From a virus, in IMG/VR virus record IMGVR_UViG_3300031521_000025, positions 32,001-96,000 of that record: 64,000 nucleotides of DNA. One strand, given 5' to 3'. Positions 40,405-48,737 of this stretch are shown piece after piece. Numbering within the stretch: the stretch's first letter is position 1; every line of letters begins with the position of its first letter. Made by a program: the position numbers and the translations under genes. The notes under the pieces are model-generated. The model saw only the letters and a list, made by a program, of their open reading frames with translations. It did not search any database and was not told the DNA's origin.

Positions 40405-41379
40405 ATGCAAAGTAGAATTCTGTACATAGATGGCTTTAATTTGTTTCAAGCGAATTATCGCTCTAATATAGCGCTAGATACAAATGGAGAACCTATAGGA
40501 GGGTTTATTGGAGTACTACAACAATTGAGGGGGTTAATTTACAAATTTTCCCCTCAAAAAGTACTTATGGTATTCGATGGACCAGATGCAGGTTTAAGAA
40601 GAAGAAGTTTGTATAGTGGATATAAATCAAAAAGAAGAGCAAAAAAACGATGTGCTACAGTAAAATTAGGAGATGATTTGATCCAAACAGATAATGAATC
40701 AGAGCAATTAGAAAAATTGTTTAATGCTTTAAGAGTTTTGCCTGTACAATTGATTTCAGTTCCTTTTTACGAAGCCGATGATGTAATTTCTTATTTAGTT
40801 GCTAGAAACCCTGAATATAACAATATAATTGTATCTAACGATAAAGATTATTTACAAAGAATAACTGAAACTACACATGTTTATCAATTTACGAAAAAAA
40901 AATTGATGGATTTGAAAAAAGTAGAAGAAGAATTTGAAATTAATCCTAAAAATATTCTTTATTATAGATCAATAGTTGGAGATAGTTCGGATGAATTAAT
41001 AGGGATTAAAGGATTAGGTAAAGATATTATAAATAAAATATCTGCGTTTAAAGAAAGAGCTTTTGATTCTTTTGGAGATTTTTGGAGTGAAATAGAAAGT
41101 CTTGAAGAAGGGAAAAGTAAAAAAATAAAACTACTTAAAGAAAATCAACAGCAAGCTTTGTTAATGTATCAATTAATGAGATTGGATGAAACTAGTTTAA
41201 ATCAAAGAGCTATTAATTTAGTAAGATCTCAATTAGATGAACAATTAGATAAGCCTTTTTCCAGTATTGGGTTTAAAATCTTTTGCACAAAAAACAAGCT
41301 TAATATTCAGTTAAAAGATCCTGATAGTTTTTTAAGTGGGTTTTTTGCACTTAAAAGAAAAATAGAAATAAATACTTAA
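40405..41379 (+). CDS. 5'-3' exonuclease / flap endonuclease (T4 RNase H-like)
   Basis: IDGFN, VFDG, YKSKR, EADDVI, VSNDKDYLQ, VGDSSDELIGIKGLG. Confidence 0.9.
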   Translation: MQSRILYIDGFNLFQANYRSNIALDTNGEPIGGFIGVLQQLRGLIYKFSPQKVLMVFDGPDAGLRRRSLYSGYKSKRRAKKRCATVKLGDDLIQTDNESEQLEKLFNALRVLPVQLISVPFYEADDVISYLVARNPEYNNIIVSNDKDYLQRITETTHVYQFTKKKLMDLKKVEEEFEINPKNILYYRSIVGDSSDELIGIKGLGKDIINKISAFKERAFDSFGDFWSEIESLEEGKSKKIKLLKENQQQALLMYQLMRLDETSLNQRAINLVRSQLDEQLDKPFSSIGFKIFCTKNKLNIQLKDPDSFLSGFFALKRKIEINT

Positions 41380-41380
41380 A

Positions 41381-41420
41381 ATAAAACAAGCTAAAATTAA
41401 AACATTTTAGCTTGTTTTAT
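41381..41420 (+). terminator. Intrinsic terminator
   Basis: ATAAAACAAGCTAAAAT ... ATTTTAGCTTGTTTTAT. Confidence 0.7.
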
Positions 41421-41478
41421 TTATAAAACTGAGAAAAAAATTCTTATATTTAAAATGTAATTAGTTATATAAAAAAAC

Positions 41479-42810
41479 ATGCAAGAAAATAATTTAAAAA
41501 AGTTCGGTCAAGATTTTCAATTATCAGTGCTTTCTCTTTTTTTTCAAGATAAATCTTTTACAAACAAAATTAAAGATATTTTAGAACCTGACTATTTTGA
41601 TAATAAGTATTCTAAATGGTTTTGTGAAAAAGGTTTAGAATACTTAGAAAAATATATGAACTTTCCATCTTCTGTAAAGGTTTTTAATATTTTAAAAACA
41701 ATAATTGAAAAAGAAGTTGAAGAAAAAATGGCTAAAACATATCTTAGTGTTTTAGAAAAAATTTCAGAAGTTGAGTTAAGCGATAGAGAATATGTAGAAG
41801 CAGAAGTTTTTAATTTTTGTTTTACTAAATTTGCGTTAAAACAATTAGAAGAACAAAAAAATCAAATATTGTTAAACAATTTTGATGATGCAAGAAGGGT
41901 TGCTTTTAGTACATATACACCTATAGCAAAAAACAGTCAAGAGTTTTCTTTAAAAAAAGATTATAAGATTGCTTCAAAAGCCAAAGAACATTTAAATCCA
42001 ATTCCTTTTCCGTTTAAAACTTTTACAGAAAACACAAGTGGAGGTCCTGGTGCTGGAGATTTAGCTATCATTATGGCTCAATCTAACTTTGGAAAAAGTA
42101 ACTTTTTAGTTGCTTGGGCAAGACACGCGGCTGAAGTTGGACATAACGTTATTTATTTTACTTTAGAAACCAAAGGAGAGCAATTAATTGATAGAGCAAT
42201 TGCAGGGTTAACAAGAATTAACCAAGCGGAGTTAATAAACCATGAAAAATTAATTGAATCTAGGGTTAATAAAGTTTTAGGTGATGTTAAGTTTATTAAA
42301 ATAAAATCTACCTTAGCTCGAATAGAAGTAGTTAAACAAAAAATTGAAGAAGAAAAAGCAAACGGCTTCTTTCCTGATTTTGTTATAATTGATGGACTAA
42401 ATCAATTAAAAGCTTCTAAAGGTATGAATTTCAATGGAAATTCAAATGATAAATTTGAATATCTTTCTGAAGAACTTAGAGACATGGGAGAAGAATATGG
42501 AATCCCTATAGCAACCGCCTTTCAGAGTAACAGATGTTTAGCTTTAAACACTTTAGTGGATTTAAAAGATAAAGGTAAAGTTAAAATAATATCTTTAAAA
42601 GAAGGCGATGAAATTTTAACACATAAAGGGTATAAGAAAGTTACTAAAATATACCCAACAGAAAAACAGCCTGTTTATAAAATCAAGTTAAAATCTGGTA
42701 AAGAAATAATATGCTCGGGAAAACATGAGTTTCCTTTAGAAAATGGAGAATTATTAAGCATAGAAGAAGGGTTGCAGCAAGGTTTCAAACTATTGACAAA
42801 AAAAATATAG
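41479..42810 (+). CDS. dnaB: DnaB/gp41-like replicative helicase, N-extein (352 aa) fused to N-intein
   Basis: Walker A AQSNFGKS, YFTLE, VIIDG, ATAFQSNR|CLALNT. Confidence 0.9.
   Translation: MQENNLKKFGQDFQLSVLSLFFQDKSFTNKIKDILEPDYFDNKYSKWFCEKGLEYLEKYMNFPSSVKVFNILKTIIEKEVEEKMAKTYLSVLEKISEVELSDREYVEAEVFNFCFTKFALKQLEEQKNQILLNNFDDARRVAFSTYTPIAKNSQEFSLKKDYKIASKAKEHLNPIPFPFKTFTENTSGGPGAGDLAIIMAQSNFGKSNFLVAWARHAAEVGHNVIYFTLETKGEQLIDRAIAGLTRINQAELINHEKLIESRVNKVLGDVKFIKIKSTLARIEVVKQKIEEEKANGFFPDFVIIDGLNQLKASKGMNFNGNSNDKFEYLSEELRDMGEEYGIPIATAFQSNRCLALNTLVDLKDKGKVKIISLKEGDEILTHKGYKKVTKIYPTEKQPVYKIKLKSGKEIICSGKHEFPLENGELLSIEEGLQQGFKLLTKKI
42535..42807 (+). mobile_element. Split intein N-half (91 aa) in dnaB, gp41-8-like
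   Basis: CLALNT...QPVYKIKLKSGKEIICSGKHEFP; resembles gp41-1/gp41-8 N-inteins and uses an NR|S site like gp41-8 (recalled, not aligned). Confidence 0.92.
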
Positions 42811-42818
42811 TTGTTTGA

Positions 42819-42877
42819 AAAGAAAGTTGTATTTAAATATAAAATGGAAAATAAATTAAAAAAATACAACTTTCTTT
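42819..42877 (+). promoter_or_regulatory. 16-bp perfect hairpin enclosing the endonuclease start codon
   Basis: AAAGAAAGTTGTATTT (42819-42834) / AAATACAACTTTCTTT (42862-42877); ATG 42844 lies in the loop; TATTTAAA (42830-42837) overlaps the 5' arm. Confidence 0.8.
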
Positions 42878-44067
42878 GTTGTAAAAAATACAAAGATCTT
42901 GTTTTGACTAACGATCAAATTGAAGAAATAAAAAAAATTCAAGATTTTTACGGCAAGAAAAAATTCAACGATCAATGGGGTAAAATAAAACATTTAGTAA
43001 AGGCAAAATATTCTCCTGATTGGGTTGAGAAAATTATTTCTTTAAAAAAAACAAATAACTCTTCTTTAAAGTGGTTTATTGTGTTATATGGAGAAGAGGA
43101 AGGAAAATTAAAATACCAAGAAAAAAACATCAAAGTAGGAGGATCTTTAAATTCTTATATTTTAAAATATGGAAAAGAAGAAGGTTCTGAAAGATATAAA
43201 AAAGCTTGTGAAAGTAAAAAAGGTCAATCTACAGAACAATGGTATATAAATAGATATGGAGAGGAAGAAGGAAAACTAAAATGGAAAAAAATAAAATCTT
43301 CATGGAAGGAAGCTAATTTAAAAACAATAAAAGAAGGAAAAAGAAAAGGAAATGGAAGAAGTTTAAAAGAATATGTTTTAAGATATGGAGAAAAAGAAGG
43401 AGAAAGTTTATGGAGTAAAAGAAACTTGAAGCAAAGTCAAAGGTTTAGTTTGCAATATTATACAGATAAATACGGAATAAAAGATGGAAAAAATAAATGG
43501 CAAGAATATTGTAAAAAAATGGATAAAGGATCTTTACAATATTTTACGAAAAAATACGGAGAAGAAGGGTTAAACAGATATAAAGAAAGAAGTAAAGTCT
43601 GTAATTTTGGAGGCATGGGTTTAGAAAACTTAATTTTAAAATACGGAGAAGAAGAAGGGAGAAATAAATACCAAATATGGGTAAATAAAACCATGATTAA
43701 TAAAAACAAAAGTATTAATTATAGTAAAATTTCTCAAGAATTATTTTGGAACATTTACAATGAACTACCTGTAAGTTTAAAAGAAAAAGTGAAATTTGCA
43801 GAATTAAACGAAGAGCAAATGTTTAAAGTTTGGAAAAATGGAATGACTGTAATATTTGTAGATTTTAAACTTAATAAATGTATAATTGAATTTCAAGGAA
43901 CTTATTGGCATAGTTTTTTAGAAGTTCAAGAAAAAGATAAAAAAAGAATTGATTTTTTAGAAAACTATGGTTATAAAGTCTTATGTTTAAAACAAAAAGA
44001 TTATTTAAAAAATAAAATTAGCGTTACTAAAAATTGTATAGAGTTTTTACTTAAAGAAAGCAAATAA
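42844..44067 (+). CDS. Free-standing Vsr-like (EDxHD/DUF559-type) putative homing endonuclease with N-terminal tandem repeats
   Basis: Seven SL..Y..KYGEEEG...(Y/W) repeats, then SKISQELF, FVDF, IIEFQGTYWH, DKKRIDFLENYGYKVL. ATG 42844 preferred over TTG 42811. Confidence 0.8.
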   Translation: MENKLKKYNFLCCKKYKDLVLTNDQIEEIKKIQDFYGKKKFNDQWGKIKHLVKAKYSPDWVEKIISLKKTNNSSLKWFIVLYGEEEGKLKYQEKNIKVGGSLNSYILKYGKEEGSERYKKACESKKGQSTEQWYINRYGEEEGKLKWKKIKSSWKEANLKTIKEGKRKGNGRSLKEYVLRYGEKEGESLWSKRNLKQSQRFSLQYYTDKYGIKDGKNKWQEYCKKMDKGSLQYFTKKYGEEGLNRYKERSKVCNFGGMGLENLILKYGEEEGRNKYQIWVNKTMINKNKSINYSKISQELFWNIYNELPVSLKEKVKFAELNEEQMFKVWKNGMTVIFVDFKLNKCIIEFQGTYWHSFLEVQEKDKKRIDFLENYGYKVLCLKQKDYLKNKISVTKNCIEFLLKESK

Positions 44068-44068
44068 A

Positions 44069-44200
44069 ATGATTAAAGAATTAGAGCTATTAGAATTAGA
44101 TGAAATAGAAAGTATAGAGTTTTTGGGAGAAGAAGAAACTATTGATATTTGTGTAGAAGATACTCATATGTTTTTTGCAAACGACATATATACCCACAAT
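44069..44200 (+). mobile_element. Split intein C-half (44 aa) in dnaB
   Basis: DEIESIEFLGEEETIDICVEDTHMFFANDIYTHN followed by Ser+1. Confidence 0.93.
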
Positions 44201-44518
44201 TCGGGTTTCAACACAGAATACGCAGATGAACAAAGTATTGGTAAAGCAATTGAAGTATATCAAGTATGTGATTTAATGATTTTCTTTACACAATCCATAG
44301 GGATGCAAGATCAAGAAGAATGTTATGGTCAATTAATGAAAAACCGCTTAGGTAAGAAAGGGATAGCTTTAAAAATTGGATATAACCCAAATCATGCTAC
44401 TTTTGAAGAATTGGAAGTCGTTAGTAGATTAAGTTTAATGGATAAAGGAGAAAAAGGTTCTGTTTTAAGAGGAATTGATAAAATAAGAAAGCAAAATTTA
44501 GAAAGAGCTCAAAAATAA
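44069..44518 (+). CDS. dnaB: C-intein fused to helicase C-extein
   Basis: ...IYTHN|SGFNTE..., VCDLMI, LMKNRLG (arginine-finger motif). Confidence 0.9.
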   Translation: MIKELELLELDEIESIEFLGEEETIDICVEDTHMFFANDIYTHNSGFNTEYADEQSIGKAIEVYQVCDLMIFFTQSIGMQDQEECYGQLMKNRLGKKGIALKIGYNPNHATFEELEVVSRLSLMDKGEKGSVLRGIDKIRKQNLERAQK

Positions 44519-44534
44519 TTAATAAAATAAAAAA

Positions 44535-44906
44535 ATGATAAGAAAAAGAATAATAGCTATTGATTTTGATGGTACAATTTTTGAAAATGCATGGCCTGAA
44601 GTGGGAACAATAAGAGAAGATGCGGTAGAAGTTATACAAGCTTTACATGAAAATGGAAATAAAATCATTATTTGGACATGTAGAGGCGGAGAAAATTTAA
44701 AAGATGCATTAAATGCTTTAGGAAAATATCAAATCCCTTATGATGCTGTAAATGAAAACATAGTTGAGGTGAAAACTGATTTTAATCCATATCCTAAAAT
44801 ATATTATGATATTTTAATTGATGATCGAAATTTAGGTGGAGTGTTAAGCTGGAAAGAAATAGGGGAAATACTATTAAAAGAAAAAAACCCAATTAGTTTA
44901 ATTTAG
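44535..44906 (+). CDS. HAD-superfamily hydrolase
   Basis: IIAIDFDGTI, IWTCR, KIYYDILIDDRN. Confidence 0.85.
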   Translation: MIRKRIIAIDFDGTIFENAWPEVGTIREDAVEVIQALHENGNKIIIWTCRGGENLKDALNALGKYQIPYDAVNENIVEVKTDFNPYPKIYYDILIDDRNLGGVLSWKEIGEILLKEKNPISLI

Positions 44907-44909
44907 AAT

Positions 44910-45665
44910 ATGAAAAATGTATTAATTTTATCAAGTAGTGGTTTAGATTCTACTTATTTAGTCTATGATAATTTAAAAAAAGGAAATAGAGTAACTTCAA
45001 TTTATGTTGAAGTTACAAATAATTCTTGTAAAGTTGAAGTGGAAAAAAAAGCTTTAGTAAACCAAGAATTATTTTTTCAAAAAAACTTTCCAAATTTAGA
45101 TTATTATCTTAAATTAGATAATACAAGTGTTTCTTTAAGAGATGTCGATTATGATTTGATTTTTACTCAAATACCAATCTGGGTTTTTGCAGTTATTTTT
45201 AACACAAGAAATATCGATGAAGTTCAAATTGGTTACGTTATGAATGATGATGCAATATCTTATTTACAAGACATTAAAGACATATATAATCAATTTAGTT
45301 CGATAAGTACTAGAGAACTGCCTGAATTAACTTTTCCTTTAGCTAAGTTAAAAAAACACGATTTTATTTCTAAATTACCAAAAGAGTTGTTGGAAAATGT
45401 TACTTTTTGTGAATGGCCTTCCGTGGTTGAAGGGATAATGAAACCATGCGGAGATTGTCCTGCTTGCAGAAGATATAAAAACGAAGGACTGTATAATAAA
45501 ATAATTAAAGAAAGCCACCAAGTTTATACTATTAATTCAAAAGATTTTGCAGTATTAAGTGATGAAATAAAAACAGAAAACTATGGAAGTATTAACCCGC
45601 CAGAACAGTTGCAAGTTATAACTCCTTATCAATATAAACTTGAATTTCCAAGTGATAATAATTAA
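44910..45665 (+). CDS. Divergent QueC-like PP-loop ATPase
   Basis: LSSSGLDST PP-loop and FCE...PCGDCPAC zinc site; lacks YGQ, PxRN and YPDC. Confidence 0.7.
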   Translation: MKNVLILSSSGLDSTYLVYDNLKKGNRVTSIYVEVTNNSCKVEVEKKALVNQELFFQKNFPNLDYYLKLDNTSVSLRDVDYDLIFTQIPIWVFAVIFNTRNIDEVQIGYVMNDDAISYLQDIKDIYNQFSSISTRELPELTFPLAKLKKHDFISKLPKELLENVTFCEWPSVVEGIMKPCGDCPACRRYKNEGLYNKIIKESHQVYTINSKDFAVLSDEIKTENYGSINPPEQLQVITPYQYKLEFPSDNN

Positions 45666-45680
45666 TAAAAAACAAATAAA

Positions 45681-46241
45681 ATGAAATATTTTTACCTACA
45701 ACCAAGACAATCTGGAAAGACAGATAAAGCAGTTTACGAATACTTAAAAGATAAAGACAATACTTTACTTGTTGTTCATAACAATGAAAACACAAAAAGA
45801 TTTAAATCGATAAACTCTAATATTAAAAATGTTATATTAGAAAAAGATTTAAAAGAAAGTATTGAAAAAAAACAATTCAAAACTATCATTCTTGACGAAT
45901 ATTTATCTTATAAAAACAAAAAGAAAGTTTACGAAATTGTAAATTCTACTTCAGTATCAAATATCTATATAATTTCATCTCCAAATAAAGTTTACAAAAA
46001 AGAACTATTTGAGATTGTAAAAGATTGCAAAAAACATGATTTTATTTCTGTATCACCAGAAGAATTATTTAAATTTCCAAAAGAAGATTTTGAGGAATTA
46101 TATTATAATTTCATTACTGACAAAGATACTATTCTTATAGATAAAAGGTTATCTTCTATTTCTTTAAAAGAAGAAGAAATGAAAAACAAAATAGGAGAGG
46201 AATTGTTTAATTTAGAAGTTTCAATTCAATACTTAAAGTAA
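45681..46241 (+). CDS. Small P-loop protein (terminase/helicase-ATPase-like fragment)
   Basis: PRQSGKT Walker A and IILDEY Walker B. Confidence 0.6.
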   Translation: MKYFYLQPRQSGKTDKAVYEYLKDKDNTLLVVHNNENTKRFKSINSNIKNVILEKDLKESIEKKQFKTIILDEYLSYKNKKKVYEIVNSTSVSNIYIISSPNKVYKKELFEIVKDCKKHDFISVSPEELFKFPKEDFEELYYNFITDKDTILIDKRLSSISLKEEEMKNKIGEELFNLEVSIQYLK

Positions 46242-46242
46242 A

Positions 46243-46500
46243 ATGTTTCAAAGAAAAGCAAAAAAAGACCCTGAAGTAATATATTACTTTGATAAAAGCC
46301 AACTAGATAGAGAAGTTGGAGGATATAACTTATTGTTTATTTTAGAACAATTATTTCCAAAATCTAATAAAGATTTTTTAATTGTTAGTTTTAGAAAACA
46401 TATAAATATTCCTAACGTCCCTTACGCAGGATTAATTCAAATGTTTTTACAACATATTGCAAATTCTGGTCATACAATGTTATTAATAAATTACAAATAA
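46243..46500 (+). CDS. Hypothetical protein
   Basis: ORF within the operon. Confidence 0.55.
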   Translation: MFQRKAKKDPEVIYYFDKSQLDREVGGYNLLFILEQLFPKSNKDFLIVSFRKHINIPNVPYAGLIQMFLQHIANSGHTMLLINYK

Positions 46501-46503
46501 AAA

Positions 46504-47505
46504 ATGAATATAAAAAAAATAACTTCTTATTTTTCTAAAAAAAAATTAGATCAATCGATAAGTGACAAAAAAGTAACATGTGTTTATCATTCAGTAGATT
46601 TTGATGGGTTTGCATCTGCAGCAATAGTTAAAAAGAAATTTCCTAATGCAGAATTAATTGGATGGAATCATTATGAAAAAATACCTAAAATAGATTTAGA
46701 AAGTTATGTTATAATATGTGATATTGCTTTTCCTCCTCAAAAGATGAAAGAATTAGCAATGGAAAGAAATGGTCGTTTATTATGGATAGATCACCATATA
46801 TCTTCTATCAAAAAAATGGATGATTATTTTAAAGATATGTATCCATTTGAATGTTATACTAAACTAGGAAAAGCAGCTTGTGAATTAACATGGGAATCAA
46901 TGTTTCCTAATAAACCTTTACCGAAAAGTATAAAATTGTTGAGTGATTATGATGTTTGGAATAATCAAGATTCAAGAAATTGGAATGAATCAGTTTTACC
47001 TTTTCAATATGGATTAAAAGTAATCTGTGATAGTGTTGAAGAGTTTCCTTATGAAATTTTAGAAAAAAACGATAAACTTATAAACAATATTATTTCATCA
47101 GGAAAAAGTGTTTTATCTTATCAAAAGAAACAAGATTTTAGAATGAGCAAAAGAAGTTTTGTCTGTCAATTTATGGGATATAATACAGTTTGTTTGAATA
47201 TAAGAGGTAGTTCTAATTCATTTGATAATTGCTATGATCCTGAAGTTAATGATTTAATGTTAACTTTTATTTATAATGGAAAAGAATATGATTGTTCTTT
47301 ATATACTCAAAAAGATAACATCGATTGTTCTGAAATAGCAAAACAACTTGGGGGTGGTGGTCATAAAAAAGCTGCAGGTTTTTCAATTAAAGACATAATG
47401 ATAAATTTAAAAAGTCTACCATTAACATCTTTAACTGAAGCTCCTATAGTTAAGAAAAAGAAAAAATATAAAAAGAAAAAAAAGAAAGTTGTTGAGAAAG
47501 ACTAA
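46504..47505 (+). CDS. DHH/DHHA1 phosphoesterase
   Basis: YHSVDFDG, ICDI, WIDHH, LGGGGHKKAAGF. Confidence 0.9.
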   Translation: MNIKKITSYFSKKKLDQSISDKKVTCVYHSVDFDGFASAAIVKKKFPNAELIGWNHYEKIPKIDLESYVIICDIAFPPQKMKELAMERNGRLLWIDHHISSIKKMDDYFKDMYPFECYTKLGKAACELTWESMFPNKPLPKSIKLLSDYDVWNNQDSRNWNESVLPFQYGLKVICDSVEEFPYEILEKNDKLINNIISSGKSVLSYQKKQDFRMSKRSFVCQFMGYNTVCLNIRGSSNSFDNCYDPEVNDLMLTFIYNGKEYDCSLYTQKDNIDCSEIAKQLGGGGHKKAAGFSIKDIMINLKSLPLTSLTEAPIVKKKKKYKKKKKKVVEKD

Positions 47506-48056
47506 GTTAAAAACTTTCCTAATCTTGAATCTCTGCCTAATAAACTATTGGCAGAGATTTTTTGGTCTATAATAGGAAAACAAAGTGCTTCTTCATCGAT
47601 TTGTGTGCAAGTAAATACTATTGACATTGCTTCATTATCAGTATTTATTGAATATTTATTTGCATCTAAAAGAGTTTTATCATGAATATAATAAAATTCA
47701 CGTTTTGTTGCAAAATAATTTCCAATTTGAGGCATTATACCTATTTCTTTTAATTGATCAATAAAACAACTAAATTTTAAATTTAAAAATTTTTGAGGAA
47801 TCCTTTCTAATTCGGATTGGCTACTTTCTGTTATTTCAATAGTTCCGTATATTTGTATACCATTAGGGTTTACCCATTCTTTCATTAAAAGTTCACCATA
47901 AAGGTTTTTTTTGCTTTTATTATAATCAATTTCAAAATACAACAAAGAAGTATCTGTATAATTTTCTATAGCTTGTCTTGATTTCTTTTTTAAAAAACTT
48001 TCAGATTTATTTCCAAAACCTATTTTTTCTCCATGAGCATCGTGTCTTAAATCCAT
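47502..48056 (-). CDS. Putative neck/head-completion protein
   Basis: LYFEIDYNKSKKNLYGE and LKEIGIMPQIG resemble T4 gp14-like neck proteins; isolated minus-strand gene. Confidence 0.45.
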   Translation of the reverse strand: MDLRHDAHGEKIGFGNKSESFLKKKSRQAIENYTDTSLLYFEIDYNKSKKNLYGELLMKEWVNPNGIQIYGTIEITESSQSELERIPQKFLNLKFSCFIDQLKEIGIMPQIGNYFATKREFYYIHDKTLLDANKYSINTDNEAMSIVFTCTQIDEEALCFPIIDQKISANSLLGRDSRLGKFLT

Positions 48057-48126
48057 TTTAGTATTTTTTTATTAAATACAAATTATTTAAACTTTAAAGA
48101 AAAAAAACTTATTTTAAAGAAAAAAA

Positions 48127-48720
48127 ATGAAAGAAAAGAAGGAAAAAAAAACAAAAAAAGATAAAAAGAAAGAAGTGAAGGAAGAAAAGCCTCTTTCTAA
48201 AACAATTGAAAATAGAATTAAAGCTTTAGAAAATAATTTTGATGAAGAAATACAAGATCTTTATAAAGCTTTAAACATCACAAAAGTGAATGGAGATAAA
48301 TCAATTGAAGTTACTGGCGATGTTAATTTTAGCGGTCTAGGGTTGAAAAAAATCCCTTTTTCTTTTAGGAAAATAATAGGAGATTTTGATTTTTCAGACA
48401 ATGAACTAGAAAGTTTAGAAGGATGTCCTGAGGTTGTAATAGGTAGTGCTTATTTTAACAATAATAAATTAACATCTCTTAAACATAGTCCTGAAAAAGT
48501 TAGTGGTTTATTTGATTGCTCTAATAACCAGTTGATAAATTTAAAAGGCGGACCTTTAAAAGTTGAATGTTCGTTTTTTTGCGAAAGTAATAAACTAGAA
48601 TCATTAGATGGAATACCTAAATTAATAGGAGAAGATTTTATAGCAACAGAAAACCCTACTGTTTTTGTGAAAAAAGAAGTAAAAGGGTTAAGTAAAATAA
48701 AAGGAGAAATTTTTGTATAA
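48127..48720 (+). CDS. Leucine-rich-repeat-like protein
   Basis: 22-aa units F..S.N.L.SL.G.P..V.G, four copies. Confidence 0.75.
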   Translation: MKEKKEKKTKKDKKKEVKEEKPLSKTIENRIKALENNFDEEIQDLYKALNITKVNGDKSIEVTGDVNFSGLGLKKIPFSFRKIIGDFDFSDNELESLEGCPEVVIGSAYFNNNKLTSLKHSPEKVSGLFDCSNNQLINLKGGPLKVECSFFCESNKLESLDGIPKLIGEDFIATENPTVFVKKEVKGLSKIKGEIFV

Positions 48721-48737
48721 CAAAATAATTATAAAAA

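Noticed and set aside
45681-46241. Terminase large subunit
   Set aside because: PRQSGKT resembles the terminase Walker A, but the ORF is only 186 aa with no nuclease domain.
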